A stretch of DNA of 64,000 bases from Candidatus Eiseniibacteriota bacterium. Lineage in GTDB: Bacteria > Eisenbacteria > RBG-16-71-46 > CAZAMP01. The stretch lies in contig OZ245046.1 of the NCBI GenBank assembly GCA_965224245.1, forward strand, positions 5,280,001 through 5,344,000, read 5' to 3'. This document shows, one piece after another, positions 10,101 to 18,884 of the stretch. Made by a program: the position numbers and the translations under genes. The notes beneath the pieces were generated by a model. That model searched no databases. It saw nothing but the letters and a program-made list of their open reading frames with translations, and had not been told where the DNA came from. How positions within the stretch are numbered: position 1 is the first letter of the stretch; every line of letters starts with the position of its first letter.

Positions 10101-11911
10101 CGGGTGCTCCTGACGCTCAGCGCGAAGCGCCGGAGCGTGTATCGATCGTCGCTCTCGTCGTGATTCGTCGGCGACTGCAGATAGAACGCGTCGCCCACCA
10201 GGTCGATGCCGCCGGTGATGCCGATGCCGAGCTGGAGTCGGTGCTCACTGCCGACGCCGTCGGCGTCCGGCTCGTAGGAGAGGCCGTGGTCGGTCATCAG
10301 CCACGCCGTCGAAGGGAGTGCCCGCTCGTAACGCATTCCGATCCCGAACGCCTCGAAGCCGGCGGGGCTCCAGATGCGCGGGTCGCGGTGGTCGGTGGCG
10401 AGCGCGTAGACCTGACCGCGCACCGTCAAGCCGGACGAGACGCGGAGCTCGGCACGCGCGAAGCCCTGACGTCGGGTGTTGCCGTCGTCGGTGAACAGGG
10501 AATCATCGTCGAGGCTGGCCAGCGACGCATCGGCCATGAGCATCCACCGATCGGTCGGGCGCGTGACGAGGCGCACGCCCAGCTCGGCCATCCGCAGCGC
10601 GTCGTCCACGACGTCGAGTCGGATCAGCTCGTTGTAGAACCGGGGAGCGAACGGGTCGGCGAGGTTCGCCGCGTCGTACACCGCACCGCGAAGCGCGACG
10701 TCGACACGCGCCGCGAGCGAGCCACCCACCTCCAGAAAGCCCGCGTGCGTCGTGCGTCCGGCTCGCGGCTCGGGGTCGTACACGGAGAGCGTGTAGCCGG
10801 CGCGCACGGCGACGCCGGATGGCCAGGCTCGCGCCAGCTGGATCGGCACCGACCAGCGTCGCACGGAGCGATCCTCGGCCTCGTGGCGCGTCCACGTGGC
10901 ACCGGCGCGCACCGCCGTCCGGCCCAGCACGGCGTCGATCGGCACGACCATGCCCAGCCGCTCGACGTCGTTGGCGTCCCGGAGAAGCTCCACCCGAAGC
11001 TCGGCCCGGGGGGCCCGGGCGTCCTCGACGCGACGACGCCACGACCGCGCGTCGACGTTGGCCGGATCCAGCTGCCCGGCCGCGTCGAAGTGACCGAGTG
11101 CCCGGCGGCGATCGCCGTCGATCAGTGCGAGACGACCGTCGATCACCTCGAGGCGCGCGGCCAGCGACGGGTCGAGATCGTCACGGACGATCCGTCGCGC
11201 GCGCTCGCGGGCGGCGTCCACGTCACCGGCCCACAGCGCGGTCTCGGCCAGGCCGACCGCCGCGGCCGCCGTCGGACCGTCGCGCGCGATCACCTCGGTG
11301 TAGTCGGCCTCGGCCCGGGCGAGATCGCCCTGCCAGCTGGCCAGACGGCCGCGTTCGACCTGGGCGTCCCGCCGGATGGGCGCCGGCAAGTCCGACTCCT
11401 CCAGGAGCGCGTCGTACGCACGTCGCGCGCGGTCCCGATCGTCGTCCCATCCGTAGGTCCGTGCCAGCGCGAGCCGCGCTCTCGGGTCGTGCGGTCGTTC
11501 GGCGAGGATCTCGTCCAGCATGGCCTCGGCCTCGCGCCGGTTCTCGGGACGATAGCTGTAGAGCTCTGCGAGGGAGAGCCGGACGTCCGGGTGGGTCGAG
11601 CCGAGCGCAATGGCCCGCCGCAGCTCGGCGATGGCCGCGTCCAGGCGGCCGGTCGCGCGCAGGCACTCCGCGAGGCCGCGATGCGGCTCGGGCGCGGTCA
11701 TGTCGCGCGCGATGAGCTCGCGGAACGTCGCCTCGGCCTCGGCGATCTCGCCCGCGACCAGCTGCTCCCACGCCTCGTCGACCGATGCGGCGAGGGCCGC
11801 GCCGGTGGTGACCGCCAGGCACACGAGCGCCGCCAGACCCATCCGGACGACGCGCTCGCTCGCTCGGCGGGCCCGGTCACGACGGGAGGGCGGCGACACG
11901 GACGGCTTCAT
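10097..11911 (-). CDS. TPR-repeat protein with probable C-terminal outer-membrane beta-barrel (BcsC/PgaA-like export component)
   Basis: Signal peptide (..TGAALAA), ~7 TPR-like repeats (LAECLR..G, LARTYGW, LAETALWAGD), C-terminal alternating beta-strands. Stop overlaps the GT2 start (ATGA). Confidence 0.65.
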   Translation of the reverse strand: MKPSVSPPSRRDRARRASERVVRMGLAALVCLAVTTGAALAASVDEAWEQLVAGEIAEAEATFRELIARDMTAPEPHRGLAECLRATGRLDAAIAELRRAIALGSTHPDVRLSLAELYSYRPENRREAEAMLDEILAERPHDPRARLALARTYGWDDDRDRARRAYDALLEESDLPAPIRRDAQVERGRLASWQGDLARAEADYTEVIARDGPTAAAAVGLAETALWAGDVDAARERARRIVRDDLDPSLAARLEVIDGRLALIDGDRRRALGHFDAAGQLDPANVDARSWRRRVEDARAPRAELRVELLRDANDVERLGMVVPIDAVLGRTAVRAGATWTRHEAEDRSVRRWSVPIQLARAWPSGVAVRAGYTLSVYDPEPRAGRTTHAGFLEVGGSLAARVDVALRGAVYDAANLADPFAPRFYNELIRLDVVDDALRMAELGVRLVTRPTDRWMLMADASLASLDDDSLFTDDGNTRRQGFARAELRVSSGLTVRGQVYALATDHRDPRIWSPAGFEAFGIGMRYERALPSTAWLMTDHGLSYEPDADGVGSEHRLQLGIGITGGIDLVGDAFYLQSPTNHDESDDRYTLRRFALSVRSTR

Positions 11912-12143
11912 GGCGATCCTTCGAGTGGTGAGAACCTGACGCTGATGTCCCGGCTCATCGCGCTGCTGGCAGTCGGAAGGCTCGCGAATGGCGAGAACAG
12001 TATACCGACGCCGCCGACGATCGACCAAGACGGCCGACCTTGACCCAATCTTCGGTCTCTGAGACACTTTTCTCGCAATCGGAAGTCACACATGATCCGG
12101 CGTGCGGGTCTCGCGCCCGGGTCGCATCCCCCGAGGAGGCGTC

Positions 12144-12197
12144 ATGAAGTCGATGGATCTCGTCCACGTGGCCGACGTCTCCGGTCCCGCCGCCTAG
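12144..12197 (+). other. Candidate 17-codon upstream/leader ORF (MKSMDLVHVADVSGPAA) before rsgA
   Basis: GAGGAGG at 12133-12139, ATG 12144 (second in-frame ATG 12153), TAG 12195-12197. Confidence 0.35.
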
Positions 12198-12369
12198 GCT
12201 ACGTCGCCGTCGGAGCCCCGCGGCTCCTTCGACCTCGTCGGACCCATCCGCTCGCCGCCGGCGCGAGCCCGGACCTCGATCGGCCCCACTCACGCGTCCG
12301 TACGTCGCTTGCCGTGCCCGAAGGTCGGTCGCGGCTCCGTCTGGATTCGTCGTCGAGGGAGTTCCAATC

Positions 12370-13452
12370 GTGGATCGACACGCACTCGCGGCGCTGGGCT
12401 TCGACCCGGCGCATTTCGATGTTCTGGCCGGGCTGGAGCCGAAGGAGCTCACGCCCGCCCGGGTGGTCGCCGAGCATCGCGACCGCTACGTCCTGACCTC
12501 GGACACCACCGACCGGTGGGCGGTGGTGAGCGGACGGTTTCGCGCCACCGCCGGTGACGGCGACGCCTGGCCGGCCGTCGGGGACTGGGTGGCCGCGCAG
12601 CACGTCCCCGACGGCGTGTCCGTCATCCATCACGTGCTACCCCGCCGGACGCGCCTGGAGCGCCTGGCCGCCGGCGGCGTGGCGCGTAGTCAGGTGCTGG
12701 CCGCCAACGTGGACGTGGTGTTCATCGTCACGTCCCTGAACGCGGACTACAACCCGCGACGCCTCGAGCGCACGCTCGCGCTCGTCTGGGAGAGCGGCGC
12801 GCGCCCGGTGATCGTGTTGACGAAAGCCGATCTGTCACCCGACGTGGAGGCGGCGACGTCGGCCACCGAGACGCTGGCCATCGGCGTGCCGGTGCACGCG
12901 GTCTGCGCGCCGACCGGGGACGGGCTGGACGCCCTCCTGCCGTATCTCGGCCTGGGGTCGACGGTGGCGCTCGTGGGGTCGTCGGGCGTCGGCAAGTCGA
13001 CGCTCGTGAACGCGCTCGTGGCCGAGCCGGCGATGGCCACCCGCGAGGTGCGCGCCGGCGACGATCGCGGCCGCCACACCACCTCGCACCGACAGCTCGT
13101 GCGGGTGCCCACGGGCGGCGCGATCGTCGACACTCCGGGGCTCCGCGAGGTGGGCCTGGCCGGCGATGACGGCGGCCTGGACGCCGTCTTCGGCGACATC
13201 GACGAGCTCGCCCGATCGTGCCGGTTCGCCGACTGCGGCCACCAGACCGAGCCCGGGTGTGCCGTGCTGGCGGCGATCGCGTCGGGAGAGATCACGAGCG
13301 AGCGGCTCAGCGGGTACCGCAAGCTCCAGCGGGAGGCCGCGCACGTGGAGCGCCGGCGAAGCGCCCGGGCACGAAACGAAACCAAGCGCCGCTGGAAGCG
13401 AATACACATGGCCATGCGGGAGCGAAAGAAGGTCGACCCGCGTTTCCAGTGA
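12370..13452 (+). CDS. rsgA: Ribosome small subunit-dependent GTPase A
   Basis: AVGDWV, LAANVD, LTKADL, GSSGVGKSTL, GRHTT, DTPGLRE, zinc finger CRFADCGHQTEPGC. Confidence 0.96.
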   Translation: MDRHALAALGFDPAHFDVLAGLEPKELTPARVVAEHRDRYVLTSDTTDRWAVVSGRFRATAGDGDAWPAVGDWVAAQHVPDGVSVIHHVLPRRTRLERLAAGGVARSQVLAANVDVVFIVTSLNADYNPRRLERTLALVWESGARPVIVLTKADLSPDVEAATSATETLAIGVPVHAVCAPTGDGLDALLPYLGLGSTVALVGSSGVGKSTLVNALVAEPAMATREVRAGDDRGRHTTSHRQLVRVPTGGAIVDTPGLREVGLAGDDGGLDAVFGDIDELARSCRFADCGHQTEPGCAVLAAIASGEITSERLSGYRKLQREAAHVERRRSARARNETKRRWKRIHMAMRERKKVDPRFQ

Positions 13453-13470
13453 GCATGCCGGGAGGATGCC

Positions 13471-13860
13471 GTGACCGAACGCAACCCCGTCGTTCCGACG
13501 CCCACGTGGATCGATCGTGCCATCGAGTCCGCGATCGCGCGTGGCGAGTTCGACGACCTGGCGGGCGCCGGCAAGCCGTTGCCGCCGCACACGGGCGACG
13601 AGAACTGGTGGGTCCGGGACAAGCTCCGCCGCGAGGGCGTGTCGTTTCTGCCCCGGGGGCTACAGGTTCGTCGTGAGATCGAGCGGCAGCTCGACGCGGT
13701 GCTGGCGCTCGACAGCGAGGAGTCCGTCCGAGCGCGGATCGACGTGCTCAACGCCGACATCGCGTCCGCGAACGCACGCGTGATCGATGGGCCGTCGGTC
13801 GATCTGGCGCCGATCGATCCGGATCGCGTCGTGGAGAGGTGGCGGGCCGCGCGGGAGTGA
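13471..13860 (+). CDS. DUF1992 domain protein
   Basis: WIDRAIESAIARGEFDDLAGAGKPLP..ENWW..KLRREG..LP. Confidence 0.85.
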   Translation: MTERNPVVPTPTWIDRAIESAIARGEFDDLAGAGKPLPPHTGDENWWVRDKLRREGVSFLPRGLQVRREIERQLDAVLALDSEESVRARIDVLNADIASANARVIDGPSVDLAPIDPDRVVERWRAARE

Positions 13861-13963
13861 ACGGCCCGGTCGGTCGGGGCCCCTGTCGTCCGGGCGCGTG
13901 AATGGTATGGTCCCTCCGCCAACGAACGCCCCCGCGGGGGCGCGCGGACTCGGGGGAGGTGAC

Positions 13964-16465
13964 GTGCCGTTCGAGGTCGGCGACAAGGTCCAGCATCGTT
14001 ACAACCGAGACCTCGGGCCCGGCGAGATCGTCGAGATCGCATCGGGACGCATGCGGGTGCGATTCCCCAGGGACGACGTGACGCTCGAGTTCGCCGCCGG
14101 CGACGGCGTGTTCGAGCCGTTTCACGTCGATCCCGCCAGGGATCCGGACCGATGGCACGAGTCGCCCCCGAACGACCTCGTGGAGCGACTGGCGCGGCTC
14201 GAGAGCGATCCGTTCCCGGACTGGAAGAACCGGATGGCCGCGTCCCGCCTGGCCGCCCTCCGCGAGGCCGATGGGCTGGGGTCGTTCCTTGGCGGACGGA
14301 TCACGCTCCATCCGCATCAGCTCTACGTGGCCGAGCAGGCGGTGCGCACCGATCCCGTCCGCTGGCTTCTCGCCGACGAGGTCGGTCTCGGCAAGACGGT
14401 CGAGGCGTGTCTGATCCTGAACCGACTCGTGCGAACCCGCCGCGCCGAGCGCGTGGTGGTGGTCGCGCCGTCGTCACTGACCGTCCAGTGGCTGGGCGAG
14501 CTCTATCGGAAGTTCCACCAGAACTTCGTACTGCTCGACACGGAGCGCGTGGCGGACGTCGCGACCGACTTCGGCTCGGGCTTCAACCCGTTCGACGCGC
14601 ACGCGCGCGTCGTGGTGGCGCTCGAGCTCCTTTGCGAGGACGATCGGCTGCAGCGGCATCTCGTCGATGCCCCGCCGGATCTGTGCGTCGTGGACGAGGC
14701 GCACCGCCTCGAGCGCCGCTGCGGTCACCCCGGCTCGCCGGCCTACCGAGCGCTGGCGCCCGTGCTCGCCGGGGCCAGGCACGCGCTTCTCCTGTCGGCA
14801 ACACCGGTCGAGGCCGACGCCCACGGCTTCTTCCGGCTGCTCGAGCTGCTGCGACCCGGAGAGTTCTCGTCGTGGGACGCGTTTCGTGACGCGCTGGATC
14901 GGGGCGTGCCGATCGTGCCCTGCGCCAGCTCCACGCGCCGGGACGACATCGGCGGGCTGCCCCCTCGCCGTCCGTGCCCGACGCGGTGTCCGGTGCCGGC
15001 GGACGTGCTCGCGCGCGAGCGCGAGATCCGCGCCGGGGACCGCTCGAACGCGCTCGCCCGGCGGCGCCGAGCCGAGGAGCTCGAGTCGCTCCTTGCCACA
15101 CCATGGGGCGAGACGGATCCGCGGCTCGAGTGGATTCTGGCCGAGGAGAGGCGCTGGCACGAACGGGGCGACAAGATGCTCGTGTTCGTGCACGCGCGGG
15201 AGACGCTGACCCATCTGAAGAAGCGTCTCGAGGGGGCGACGTTTCGGCGCGTCGCCGTGTTCCACGAGGATCTGTCCCCCGCCGCGCGCGATCTCGAGGT
15301 GGCTCAGTTCGCGTCGACGGTGGGATCCACGGTGCTGATCTCGACCGAGTCCGGGGGCGAGGGCCGGAACTTCGAGTTCTGTCGCGGCATCGTGCTCTTC
15401 GACCTTCCCTGGGATCCGGTGCTCGTGGAGCAGCGCATCGGGCGCCTCGATCGGATCAGTCGCACGACGCCGGTCGACATTCACTACTTCGTTCCCCAGG
15501 GCGGATTCGGGCGCGACGTGGTCGAGCTCTACGAGGCGCTCGGGATCTTCGAAGCGCCCCTCGGGGGACTGGATCGCTCGCTCGGACACGTCCGCGACGC
15601 CATCGTGTCCGCCGTGTGCGGGACCGCGGACACGGCTCCGAGCAGCCGGAGTCACGACGGTGGCGGTGCCGGCCTCGACGTCGAGGCGATCGTCTCGGAG
15701 ACGTTGCGCCTGCGCGCGCGGGTGAACAGCGCGCTCTACACCGATCTCCACGAGCACCGATACCGGGGAGCCATGGCGGACGACATCCTGGCGCGGATCC
15801 CGCCCGAGCTCGACTCGCTCAACGCGACGGTCGTTCTGGGCGCGTGTCGGCGATACGGCTTCGACGTCGTGGACAAGGGCGAGGTCGCCAGGTGGTACGT
15901 CGAGTTCGGAAACGAGGCGACCGTCGAACACGTCCCCGGCATGACCGAGGGCACACGGCTCCTCGGGACGTTCGATCGCGCGGAGGCCGTGCGCAATGAG
16001 TCGCTCGAGTTCTTCGCGGCGGGACATCCGCTGGTCGAGGGCGTGCTCCTGGAGATCGAGGACGGTGCGCGCGGCCGGATCCTCCTGGCCGATGTGACGG
16101 TTCCGCCCGGCGCGGACGTGCCGCCGACCTTTCTGGTGGTCGCTCTCGTCGATCGTGTCGCCGGAGCGCCGCATGCCGACACGACGGAAGTGCCGGGGCG
16201 CGCCGGCGCCGGACCGTCGGTGATCGTGACCGATCTCACCGGTGTTCCGAGACCCGAGTGGCGCGAGCACGTTCTCGAGGACGGCGGAGCGACCTGGCGA
16301 CCGGTGGATCTCCGGGACTGGGGGCTGGGCCCCGACGATGCCAGAGCCCGGGCGGAGTGGTCCGCGGCCATCCGCTCGCTGGGGCCCGCCCTGGAGGCGC
16401 TGGGTCGCTTTCAGGCGCTCGCCGTCGTCCGCGCACAGTCGTCCGGCGCTGCCGAGCCCACCTAA
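13964..16465 (+). CDS. SNF2-family helicase, RapA/HepA-like
   Basis: LHPHQLYVA, LLADEVGLGKTVEA, VVDEAH, LLLSATP, STESGGEGRNFE, DLPWDP..EQRIGRLDR, RapA-like C-terminus GTFDR..A...HPLV. Confidence 0.88.
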   Translation: MPFEVGDKVQHRYNRDLGPGEIVEIASGRMRVRFPRDDVTLEFAAGDGVFEPFHVDPARDPDRWHESPPNDLVERLARLESDPFPDWKNRMAASRLAALREADGLGSFLGGRITLHPHQLYVAEQAVRTDPVRWLLADEVGLGKTVEACLILNRLVRTRRAERVVVVAPSSLTVQWLGELYRKFHQNFVLLDTERVADVATDFGSGFNPFDAHARVVVALELLCEDDRLQRHLVDAPPDLCVVDEAHRLERRCGHPGSPAYRALAPVLAGARHALLLSATPVEADAHGFFRLLELLRPGEFSSWDAFRDALDRGVPIVPCASSTRRDDIGGLPPRRPCPTRCPVPADVLAREREIRAGDRSNALARRRRAEELESLLATPWGETDPRLEWILAEERRWHERGDKMLVFVHARETLTHLKKRLEGATFRRVAVFHEDLSPAARDLEVAQFASTVGSTVLISTESGGEGRNFEFCRGIVLFDLPWDPVLVEQRIGRLDRISRTTPVDIHYFVPQGGFGRDVVELYEALGIFEAPLGGLDRSLGHVRDAIVSAVCGTADTAPSSRSHDGGGAGLDVEAIVSETLRLRARVNSALYTDLHEHRYRGAMADDILARIPPELDSLNATVVLGACRRYGFDVVDKGEVARWYVEFGNEATVEHVPGMTEGTRLLGTFDRAEAVRNESLEFFAAGHPLVEGVLLEIEDGARGRILLADVTVPPGADVPPTFLVVALVDRVAGAPHADTTEVPGRAGAGPSVIVTDLTGVPRPEWREHVLEDGGATWRPVDLRDWGLGPDDARARAEWSAAIRSLGPALEALGRFQALAVVRAQSSGAAEPT

Positions 16466-16536
16466 ATCGTTGTTGTCAAATCAGCTATTCGGCCCCGGCC
16501 GGTTTCGACCCGGACCCGACATCGGTGCCGAAGGGG

Positions 16537-16566
16537 TTGAGCCTTTTTGGCTGGTGTTGCTAGAAT
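16537..16566 (+). promoter_or_regulatory. Putative sigma70 promoter for the 16808 gene
   Basis: TTGAGC-N18-TAGAAT with extended -10 TG (TGcTAGAAT) in an AT-richer intergenic region. Confidence 0.45.
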
Positions 16567-16807
16567 CGTGCAGTTGCCAGACAGCGACTCGCTGTGGAAC
16601 ACAGAACGCCAGTTTCGGGGGCCGCAGAACGTCGGCTCCCGCCGAAGTTTTTTGGATTTGCGCCTGGTCTTTGAAGCGCTCAGAACGAGCGCACGAAAGG
16701 GGGATGCTGCAAGCCGGTTCGTAACGTTTCGCTTCTCGAGGGAATTCGACACCGTTGCGTCACAGCAATGGACGAACTTTCGTTCGCACAACTTCAAAGG
16801 GGCACCA

Positions 16808-17494
16808 ATGAAGAAGCTTGGAGCGTTCTTCGCTATCTGTGCGGTCGCCGCATTCTCCGCGCAGGCCGAGGTTCAGCTCGAGCGCGGTCCGTTCACGCTC
16901 GAGTTCGATGGTCTCGATGCGACCGATTGCGAAGGCGAGATCAAGTGGGTTCAGGAGCCGGACGGCGCGAGCGGTCTCGCGGCTCAGGACGACCAGTGCT
17001 ACCCGTTCCTGGCTCAGATCGCCGACAACTTCCTCGGTGACGGCAACGACATCGTGGGCGTTGGCTGGTACGGCGTGTACTGGAACGGTTCGCCGCTTCC
17101 TCCGGATGCGTTCCGCATCGAGATCTACACCTCGGACGCCGACGGCTGCCCGGGCGACCTGGTCTACTCGGACGAGACGAGCGACTACAACCAGACGCTC
17201 GGCGCTCCTGACGGCTACTGCTCGCAGGTCACGCCGTTCAACAAGGCAGACGGCGTCAGCTACCACATCTCGGTGACGGCCGTGTTCTGCTTCCCGCCGC
17301 AGTACGGTTCGGCGACGGGTGTCGGTGACGGTCAGCAGGCCTGCTTCCGTTCGGCTTTCTTCGGCTTTGCCGACTGGACGCCGGCGACGGACGTGTTCGG
17401 CGTTCCGTACGACCTGGCGTTCCTGCTCTACAACGAGCCGGGCACGCCGACCGAAGAGGCTTCGTGGTCGTCGATCAAGAAGCTGTATCAGTAA
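16808..17494 (+). CDS. Secreted Cys-containing protein of unknown function with C-terminal SWSSIKKLY tail
   Basis: Signal peptide MKKLGAFFAICAVAAFSAQA; beta-rich, acidic; ADNF/GVYWN/FRIEIY strands; followed by an intrinsic terminator. Confidence 0.85.
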   Translation: MKKLGAFFAICAVAAFSAQAEVQLERGPFTLEFDGLDATDCEGEIKWVQEPDGASGLAAQDDQCYPFLAQIADNFLGDGNDIVGVGWYGVYWNGSPLPPDAFRIEIYTSDADGCPGDLVYSDETSDYNQTLGAPDGYCSQVTPFNKADGVSYHISVTAVFCFPPQYGSATGVGDGQQACFRSAFFGFADWTPATDVFGVPYDLAFLLYNEPGTPTEEASWSSIKKLYQ

Positions 17495-17517
17495 GCTCCT
17501 CCAAAGCTGACTGATTG

Positions 17518-17548
17518 GCCCCGAGGGCTTCGGCCCTCGGGGCTTTTT
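17518..17548 (+). terminator. Rho-independent terminator
   Basis: GCCCCGAGGGC-TTCG-GCCCTCGGGGC-TTTTT: perfect 11-bp stem, UUCG loop. Confidence 0.92.
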
Positions 17549-17584
17549 CGTGTGCGGCGGTCTGGGTCGCTCGAAGAATCCGTG

Positions 17585-18317
17585 GCGCGTGTCGGGAGCG
17601 CCGGGGGTGGTGTCGCCAGCGGTCCCTCGGGGGCGCGTGTCGGGAGCGCCGGGGGTGGTGTCGCCTGCGCTCCGGCTGGCGGTGTGGGCGTGAGATCGGG
17701 TGGGGGCATCATTTCGTGTCGGAGCGGCTCCGGGGGGTGTGGGTGTCGCATCAGTCGCTCCGGCGACACCACCCCCGTCGCTCCCTCACGCGGTGGGGGT
17801 CTCGGGAGTGTTTTCCGGGGGTCGGCGTCGCGGGTGTGATTGGGTGCGGGGTGCTCGTGGGGTGTTGCACCCGGGTGTTCCCGACGGCGGGGGCGCGTGT
17901 CGGGAGCGCCGGGGGTGGTGTCGCCAGCGCTCCGGCTGGCGGTGGGGGCGTGAGATCGGGTGGGGGCATCATTTCGTGTCGGAGGGGCTTCGGGGGACGT
18001 GGGGGTCGCATCAGTCGCTCCGGCGACACCACCCCCGTCGCTCCCTCACGCGGTGGGGGTCTCGGGAGTGTTTTCCGGGGGTCGGCGTCGCGGGTGTGAT
18101 TGGGTGCGGGGTCCTCGTGGGGTGTTGCACCCGGGTGTTCCCGACGGCGGGGGCGCGTGTCGGGAGCGCCGGGGGTGGTGTCGCCAGCGCTCCGGCTGGC
18201 GGTGGGGGCGTGAGATCGGGTGGGGGCATCATTTCGTGTCGGAGGGGCTCCGGGGGACGTGGGGGTCGCATCAGTCGCTCCGGCGACACCACCCCCGTCG
18301 CCCCCTCACGCGGTGGG
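17585..18317. repeat. Tandem 260-bp structured repeat (2 full copies + 1 partial, plus a short leading partial)
   Basis: GGGGCGCGTGTCGGGAGCGCCGGGGGTGGTGTCGCC recurs at ~17630, 17890 and 18150 (period 260); partial at 17585. Each unit has an internal inverted repeat (e.g. 17894-17925 vs 18022-18052). Confidence 0.92.
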
Positions 18318-18636
18318 CGATACGGGGGCGTTCGGCTCGCATCGGTTTCTGCGGCGGGTGACAGGTACGCCGGAGTTGCGCATCCGACGATGTGAGGGGC
18401 ACGGAGATCGCCCCGTCCAGTCGGCTTTCGGTCGCCGTGTACTCGGGTACACGTGCTCCGCTGGCGGGCCACGGGTCGCACGGTGTCCAGCGGTGAGCGG
18501 TCACGACCGCGCATCGTGCGTCCGCCGCAGCCATGCGTGGTGACGTCACCCGCTGAGCCGGGCCGCCGCGGTCGATGCCGGCGTCAGGCGTGACCGACCC
18601 CGTGCGATGGCCGCTCGGCCCCGGGCCCCCGACGTA

Positions 18637-18884
18637 GGGTCGGCGAGGGTGGGGCCGGAGTCGCGACTCGTGCGACACCGGTGCCTCGCAAAGCCGCTCC
18701 GACACGAAATGATGCCCCCAGCCGATCTCACGGCCACGCCGTCAGCCGGAGCGACGGAGCGCCCCACCCTCGTCGACCCGGCACTGGAACCCCACGCCGT
18801 CAGCCGGAGCGACGCCGCCGGAGCGACGGAGCGCCCCACCCTCGTCGACCCGGCACTCACCCCAAGCCGTCAGCCGGAGCGACG
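18637..18884 (-). repeat. Inverted, diverged copy of the same repeat family plus three GCCGTCAGCCGGAGCGACG sub-repeats
   Basis: ~18696-18731 is the reverse complement of GTGAGATCGG(G/C)TGGGGGCATCATTTCGTGTCGGAGC; sub-repeats at 18738, 18796 and 18866. Confidence 0.85.

Noticed and set aside
13964-16465. SNF2 helicase as an anti-phage defence gene
   Set aside because: RapA-like motifs, housekeeping neighbours (rsgA, DUF1992), and no methylase, nuclease or other defence genes.
17585-18317. CRISPR array
   Set aside because: The units are 260 bp with near-identical intervening sequence, there are no unique spacers and no cas genes.
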